A DNA stretch of 64,000 bases, from assembly GCA_965215265.1 (NCBI GenBank), contig OZ244048.1, forward strand, positions 1,536,001 through 1,600,000, given 5' to 3'. Every line of letters begins with the position of its first letter. The stretch's first letter is position 1. The notes under the pieces were generated by a model. That model had not been told where the DNA came from. It searched no databases and saw nothing but the letters and a program-made list of their open reading frames with translations. Made by a program: the position numbers and the translations under genes. Positions 59,452 through 64,000 of this stretch are shown here, piece after piece. The stretch is from Candidatus Poribacteria bacterium. Lineage in GTDB: Bacteria; Poribacteria; WGA-4E; WGA-3G.

Positions 59452-61020
59452 CTATTCATAAATATTCTTCATCTGCCAAGCATCTAGAGACTTGAGTTCA
59501 CACGTTTGCCCTTGCGAACGCAATGACACCCCTATGCTCTCTTGCTTATCTGGGTAGACACGCATGGCGAGACATTGCCGCCCGTTTGCAAACACTTCTA
59601 CAACGCTTTTGTCAACAAAAACACGCAATTTGAGGGTTTCGTCTCGTTCAATGGAGACAGCCCCGGTTTCTGGTGCGCGCGATAGCACATCCGGTGCGAT
59701 GGATGAATACGAAGAATCGATGGTTAGCAGACTGTCGCGAACGTCACGATGTGAGTCCGGATGCCGCATGCCGCGTTCTCTGAAGAAGGCGATGCGTGTG
59801 TATTCCTCTTTCTGCGGGGAACGTAGGACGTTCAACTCGACCATCGGTGCAGATTTCACATCGATTTCCAGTTCAAGTTCCATGGCGTTGCCGGCGATGC
59901 CTTGAAGCACGACTTCCTGGTTGGCAGGGAGAGACATCGCATTAATGTGCTGATGCGTGTGGCGAAGCGATTGAATGTCGCCGGCCGGTTCGATTCCCAC
60001 TTCGTCCTTGGAAAGGAGCGTGAGGTGTCGCGGCAGTGTCATAATCTGGTTCCAACCTTTAGTCGGTTTAGCGGGGTTCATGTTATAGATAACGATAAGT
60101 CCGCCTTTACCATCCGGCGTTGCCGAGGGTGCGTGGACACCTGCCGGGGACGCTGCGCCAAAATTGTTCTTTGCACCGGTTGTCACAACGAACTTGTCGC
60201 GTTCCGTGTCATAATCGCCGAGCAGGTACTGCCCACCACTCATGTGACTAAAAAAGAGGAGCATGTGCCTATCGCCGATCGGCCAAAAATATGGGCAGGC
60301 TCCGTCATCGCCGACCAACGTATACATATCATCCTCAAGGAAGGGATGCAGATAGACCCAATTCGCCAAATCAGCTGAACGGAGGAGGAAGTTGGCACGC
60401 ACTCGCTTCCCGCCGGGTCCATGCGGAAGTGTGCCGCCTGAAAGGGAGTAGTACATGCCATCTTTCTTCCAGATGCACGGATCGAACACACGATAGACAG
60501 GGGTTGTACCGTCCGCGTGTTTCGCCGGGATGACCGCCTTGCCGGACACCTTCTCCCAATTTAAGAGCAACGGATCACTTGAAACCGCCACCATATTACC
60601 GACGACCGTTCCGTGGTACATTGCAATCACGCGTTCTTCTTCTACGAGTGTTGCACCAGAGAAACAGCACCGTTCCGGATTCGGGTAAATAGCGTAAGGC
60701 AGATCTCGCCAATGAATGAGATCATCGCTTATGGCGTGGCCCCAGTGCTGACGTGTATCTTCAGGCGGATATGCCTGATAGAAGAGGTGCCAGTGGCCCT
60801 GCCAGAAACAGAGCCCGTTCGGGTCGTTTAGCATCGCTTCGGGGTTCACGTAATGGTAAATCGGACGGTGTGGGTCGGCGGCATACCGTTTTCGGTACTC
60901 AAGCAGTCTGAGCATCAGCGGATTCGTTTTCAGTTGTTCTTTCTGCTTTTCTAATGTATCAGCAAAGGTATAGTGAGGAACTTTTGAGGTATAATCCTCA
61001 ACTGAATGGGTATTATTCAT
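59452..61020 (-). CDS. Glycoside hydrolase family 32
   Basis: LNDPNG, WGHAIS, FSG, FDP, VDKSVVEVF; GACP where ECP is usual. Confidence 0.88.
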   Translation of the reverse strand: MNNTHSVEDYTSKVPHYTFADTLEKQKEQLKTNPLMLRLLEYRKRYAADPHRPIYHYVNPEAMLNDPNGLCFWQGHWHLFYQAYPPEDTRQHWGHAISDDLIHWRDLPYAIYPNPERCCFSGATLVEEERVIAMYHGTVVGNMVAVSSDPLLLNWEKVSGKAVIPAKHADGTTPVYRVFDPCIWKKDGMYYSLSGGTLPHGPGGKRVRANFLLRSADLANWVYLHPFLEDDMYTLVGDDGACPYFWPIGDRHMLLFFSHMSGGQYLLGDYDTERDKFVVTTGAKNNFGAASPAGVHAPSATPDGKGGLIVIYNMNPAKPTKGWNQIMTLPRHLTLLSKDEVGIEPAGDIQSLRHTHQHINAMSLPANQEVVLQGIAGNAMELELEIDVKSAPMVELNVLRSPQKEEYTRIAFFRERGMRHPDSHRDVRDSLLTIDSSYSSIAPDVLSRAPETGAVSIERDETLKLRVFVDKSVVEVFANGRQCLAMRVYPDKQESIGVSLRSQGQTCELKSLDAWQMKNIYE

Positions 61021-61210
61021 AACAGATTCTCCTTTTTACGATAATCAACTGCTTGCATCATAACATAAACAGATAGTAGATTCAAGGATTTCTTCAGTTA
61101 TTTAAATTGACTAGATTTCACGGTTGTGTTAAAATGTGTATGATAGGCGAGTGTCTTCTTGTTAGAATAAATCGCGACAATCGGATCCATTACCAGAGGA
61201 GAGCAGAACG

Positions 61211-62191
61211 ATGGATAGCACGGAAAAAGCAGCGATGCATGTGGGTGTGCAAGGCATCGGAACATCGCCCAAAGAATTGGCATTCCTCGTTCGCCACGGT
61301 GTGACGCACATGGATGCATCCGTCGAAAACAGTGAAGCTGAAACCTTGATACGACACAAGGAGAGAGCGGCAGATGCAGGTGTTAGTCTTGAAATGATTC
61401 ATATCGGGCTGCCCCGTAGCATACCGTTGGCACAAGTGCCGCAGCGTGACAGAGATATCGATCAGGTTTGCACGATGATTGAAAATGCCGGGAGAGCCGG
61501 GTTACGTGGACTAAATTATAATTTTTGTATTCTCAATCATCAACGCACTGGGCGTACACCAGGGCGCGGCGGTTCAACTTATAGCAGCTTTGACATCTCA
61601 AAGTATGATAACGAGACTTTGTCAGAGGCAGGGAAGGTGAGCCGTGATGAGGCGTTTGACCGAATTGCATATTTTATTGAACGGGTAATTCCGGTGGCTG
61701 AAGCGAATAAAGTGCAGCTGGCGTGCCACCTCAATGACCCACCGGCCCCTGTCTTAAGAGGGGTTGAGCGGTGGAATTATCCAGTGTTTGAGGGGTTAAA
61801 ACGTTTTACTGAAATTGTAGAGAGTCCGTACCACGGTTTTAATTTTTGTTGTGGTACGGCTTCGGAGGGTTTAGATGACCCGGGTACCGAGCTCTACGAA
61901 ATTATCGAGTATTTCGGCAAGCGGAAGAAGATTTTCAACATCCACTTCCGCAATATTCGCGGTGGACTTCACAACTTCCAAGAAGTTTGGCCCGACGAGG
62001 GTGATGTGGAGATGTACAAAGTGGCGCGAACGCTGCGTGATGTCGGCTATCCGTATATGCTGATGCCGGACCACGCACCTAGTCACCCTGATGACACAGC
62101 ACCGCCCGGGGTTTCTGGACGTGTCCGGCAGGCATGGGCGTTCCAGTTCGGATACATTATCGCGCTCATTCAGGCTGTCAATTCGGAATAG
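61211..62191 (+). CDS. Mannonate dehydratase (UxuA)-like protein
   Basis: YNF, HLNDPP, IHFRNIRG, MPDH. Confidence 0.8.
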   Translation: MDSTEKAAMHVGVQGIGTSPKELAFLVRHGVTHMDASVENSEAETLIRHKERAADAGVSLEMIHIGLPRSIPLAQVPQRDRDIDQVCTMIENAGRAGLRGLNYNFCILNHQRTGRTPGRGGSTYSSFDISKYDNETLSEAGKVSRDEAFDRIAYFIERVIPVAEANKVQLACHLNDPPAPVLRGVERWNYPVFEGLKRFTEIVESPYHGFNFCCGTASEGLDDPGTELYEIIEYFGKRKKIFNIHFRNIRGGLHNFQEVWPDEGDVEMYKVARTLRDVGYPYMLMPDHAPSHPDDTAPPGVSGRVRQAWAFQFGYIIALIQAVNSE

Positions 62192-62271
62192 TAGATTAAT
62201 TGGTTTCAGTTAGAGTGATACACTTAGTTAAAACTTATCTTAATGCTAAATTCAACCTTTAGGAGGGAAAA

Positions 62272-63051
62272 ATGAAATCCATTATAGTTTGCTTAGTGCT
62301 CCTAGCCATCAGTCTAACCTTTACAGTCCAAAGTTATGCGGAGATCGACTTTGGAACCGCAAGAGGGATTTGGCTATTAGACGAGGCTCAAGGCGATGTT
62401 ATCAACGATATTTCTCAGAACGACAATCACGGTGAACTTCAGGGCGGAAAATGGGTCAAAGGACCCAATGGGCCTGCGCTAAGTTTAGACGGGGTAAACG
62501 ATCGGGTTATCATTCCGGATTCCGATAGTTTGTATCTGGAAAATGCGTGGACGATTACGGCCTGGACTTTTGTGAATAAAGCCGAGAACGGTTATGGACA
62601 TATTCTCGGCAAAAGGCCTGCGGCTGGTACAGTGGCAAATTACGCGTTCAGGACAAGTAGCAACGGGGCCGGCTGGGAAGCTTACTTTGCTAGAGACGGC
62701 TGGAAGGGTGCTTGGGGGCAAGGGAACGTGAAGAAAGATACTTGGTTGTATATGACTGCAACCTATGACGGCAAGGATAACATTAAAATCTACGAAAATG
62801 CAGAGGAAATCGGTTCTGTTGGCGGGATGGGGAAACCGGCACCTCAGAATAACACGGATGTCAATATTGGCGGTTGGACTGACAACACTTCAGAAACGCT
62901 TAACGGTATGCTCTATGAGGTGGCACTTTTCGATGTTGCCCTGGAAGTAGAGGATATAAGTGAACTGATGGAGAGTGGGCTCTCGACACTCCTGCCTGTT
63001 GAGCCTTCTGGCAAACTTGCTACTACATGGGCAAGAATCAAATCTGAGTAA
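62272..63051 (+). CDS. Secreted LamG-like jellyroll protein
   Basis: Signal peptide, GIWLLDE, TYDG, VEPSGKLATTWARIK; AGGAGG RBS. Confidence 0.88.
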   Translation: MKSIIVCLVLLAISLTFTVQSYAEIDFGTARGIWLLDEAQGDVINDISQNDNHGELQGGKWVKGPNGPALSLDGVNDRVIIPDSDSLYLENAWTITAWTFVNKAENGYGHILGKRPAAGTVANYAFRTSSNGAGWEAYFARDGWKGAWGQGNVKKDTWLYMTATYDGKDNIKIYENAEEIGSVGGMGKPAPQNNTDVNIGGWTDNTSETLNGMLYEVALFDVALEVEDISELMESGLSTLLPVEPSGKLATTWARIKSE

Positions 63052-63259
63052 TACGTCCTGAGCTTACTCTGTAAAGGGGAGCTCTGTCTCCGTCTATTTT
63101 CTGAAAAGACACGTCCTGAACTTGTTTTCTATGGGCGGAGCTCTGTCTCCGTCCGTCTTCCGCAACGAAAACGTCATAGAAAAGGAAGACGGCATGAGCG
63201 AAGATATTGGACATGCACGAGCACTGAGCCGTCAAGTGTGTTATGACATCTCTCATGGT

Positions 63260-63510
63260 GAGCTGGTGCGGAAGAAGCACATACAAACCTGGGTTTGATT
63301 TATAGTTGGCAAGGGCGATATGATGAGGCGATAGTGTTGCATAAGGAGGCACTCGATATGTCGATTGATGCCGAAAACTTACAAGCGGGACATACCAACC
63401 TCTCGCTACTGACCGATTCTGCAAAAACCATAAATGCAGCAGACCTCCACGCCTCACCCATTGGGATGCCAGTCGGTGTACCAGCCGTATGGTGTGAAAT
63501 TGTGGATTAG
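63260..63510 (+). pseudogene. TPR protein fragment
   Basis: AHTNLGLIYSWQGRYDEAI...ALD single TPR with no proper start. Confidence 0.45.
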
Positions 63511-63530
63511 TAAAGCAAAGGAGATGCCTT

Positions 63531-64000
63531 ATGGCACAAACGCCAAACGTACTACTCATCTTCGCCGATGACCATGGGTATGGCGATGTATCGGTACACA
63601 ACGGGCCGTCCATTCAAACCCCAAACCTCGACCGGATTGCATCCGAAGGAGTGCGGTTTACGCAGTTTTATGCGAATTCCTCCGTCTGCTCTCCGAGCCG
63701 TGCTTCCTTGATGACCGGTCGCTATCCTGACAGAGCGGGGGTGCCCGGTGTTATTCGCACGCATGCGAATAACAGCTGGGGATATTTCCGACAAGATGCA
63801 ATCACACTCCCGTCAATGCTGAAGCAAAAAGATTATCGCACCGCACTTATTGGGAAATGGCACCTTGGGCTTGAACCCGAAAATCATCCGTGTCGGCGCG
63901 GCTTTGACCATTTTCACGGGTTCCTTGGGGATATGATGGATGATTACTACACGCACCTTAGGCACGACATCAACTACATGCGACACGGATTTGAGCCTAT
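63531..64000 (+). CDS. Sulfatase, runs off window; absent from ORF track
   Basis: MAQTPNVLLIFADDHGYGD, CSPSRASLMTGR, GKWHLG; AAGGAG RBS. Confidence 0.93.
   Translation, partial: MAQTPNVLLIFADDHGYGDVSVHNGPSIQTPNLDRIASEGVRFTQFYANSSVCSPSRASLMTGRYPDRAGVPGVIRTHANNSWGYFRQDAITLPSMLKQKDYRTALIGKWHLGLEPENHPCRRGFDHFHGFLGDMMDDYYTHLRHDINYMRHGFEP

Noticed and set aside
63079-63155. 17-bp direct repeat ggagctctgtctccgtc
   Set aside because: Two copies only; no supporting context
1-64000. tRNA or rRNA genes
   Set aside because: None recognised by eye; no covariance search was possible

Overview
Bacterial chromosomal window, probably Candidatus Poribacteria. This is inferred from the secreted LRR/dockerin proteins ending in ...NYPNPFNPETWIPY...GKMLIRK, the LamG proteins ending in ...GKLAxTWxxIK, and the PhyH dioxygenases and sulfatase. 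It holds housekeeping genes (aspS 3' part, der), transport and metabolic genes, two restriction-modification loci and several pseudogenes. The most striking feature is a dense family of ~85-90 bp non-coding units, roughly 30 whole or partial copies counted by eye (core GACGAGATTT-N~30-GGTACGGAGATATAC(A/G)AAAA, plus a sister arm ending GGGCTCCTGTATACAAAAA). They occur singly, as inverted ~165-175 bp pairs and as a 5x122 bp tandem array. They supply the SD-like sequence directly in front of many start codons and interrupt genes; the three intragenic insertions I could resolve (87, 117, 162 bp) all preserve frame. Other signals: four FGE/C-type-lectin domains with the codon signature of diversity-generating retroelement variable regions (no RT or template repeat seen in the window), and an Eco57I-like methyltransferase split at a G9 tract that may be phase variable. 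All annotation was done by eye, without database searches.
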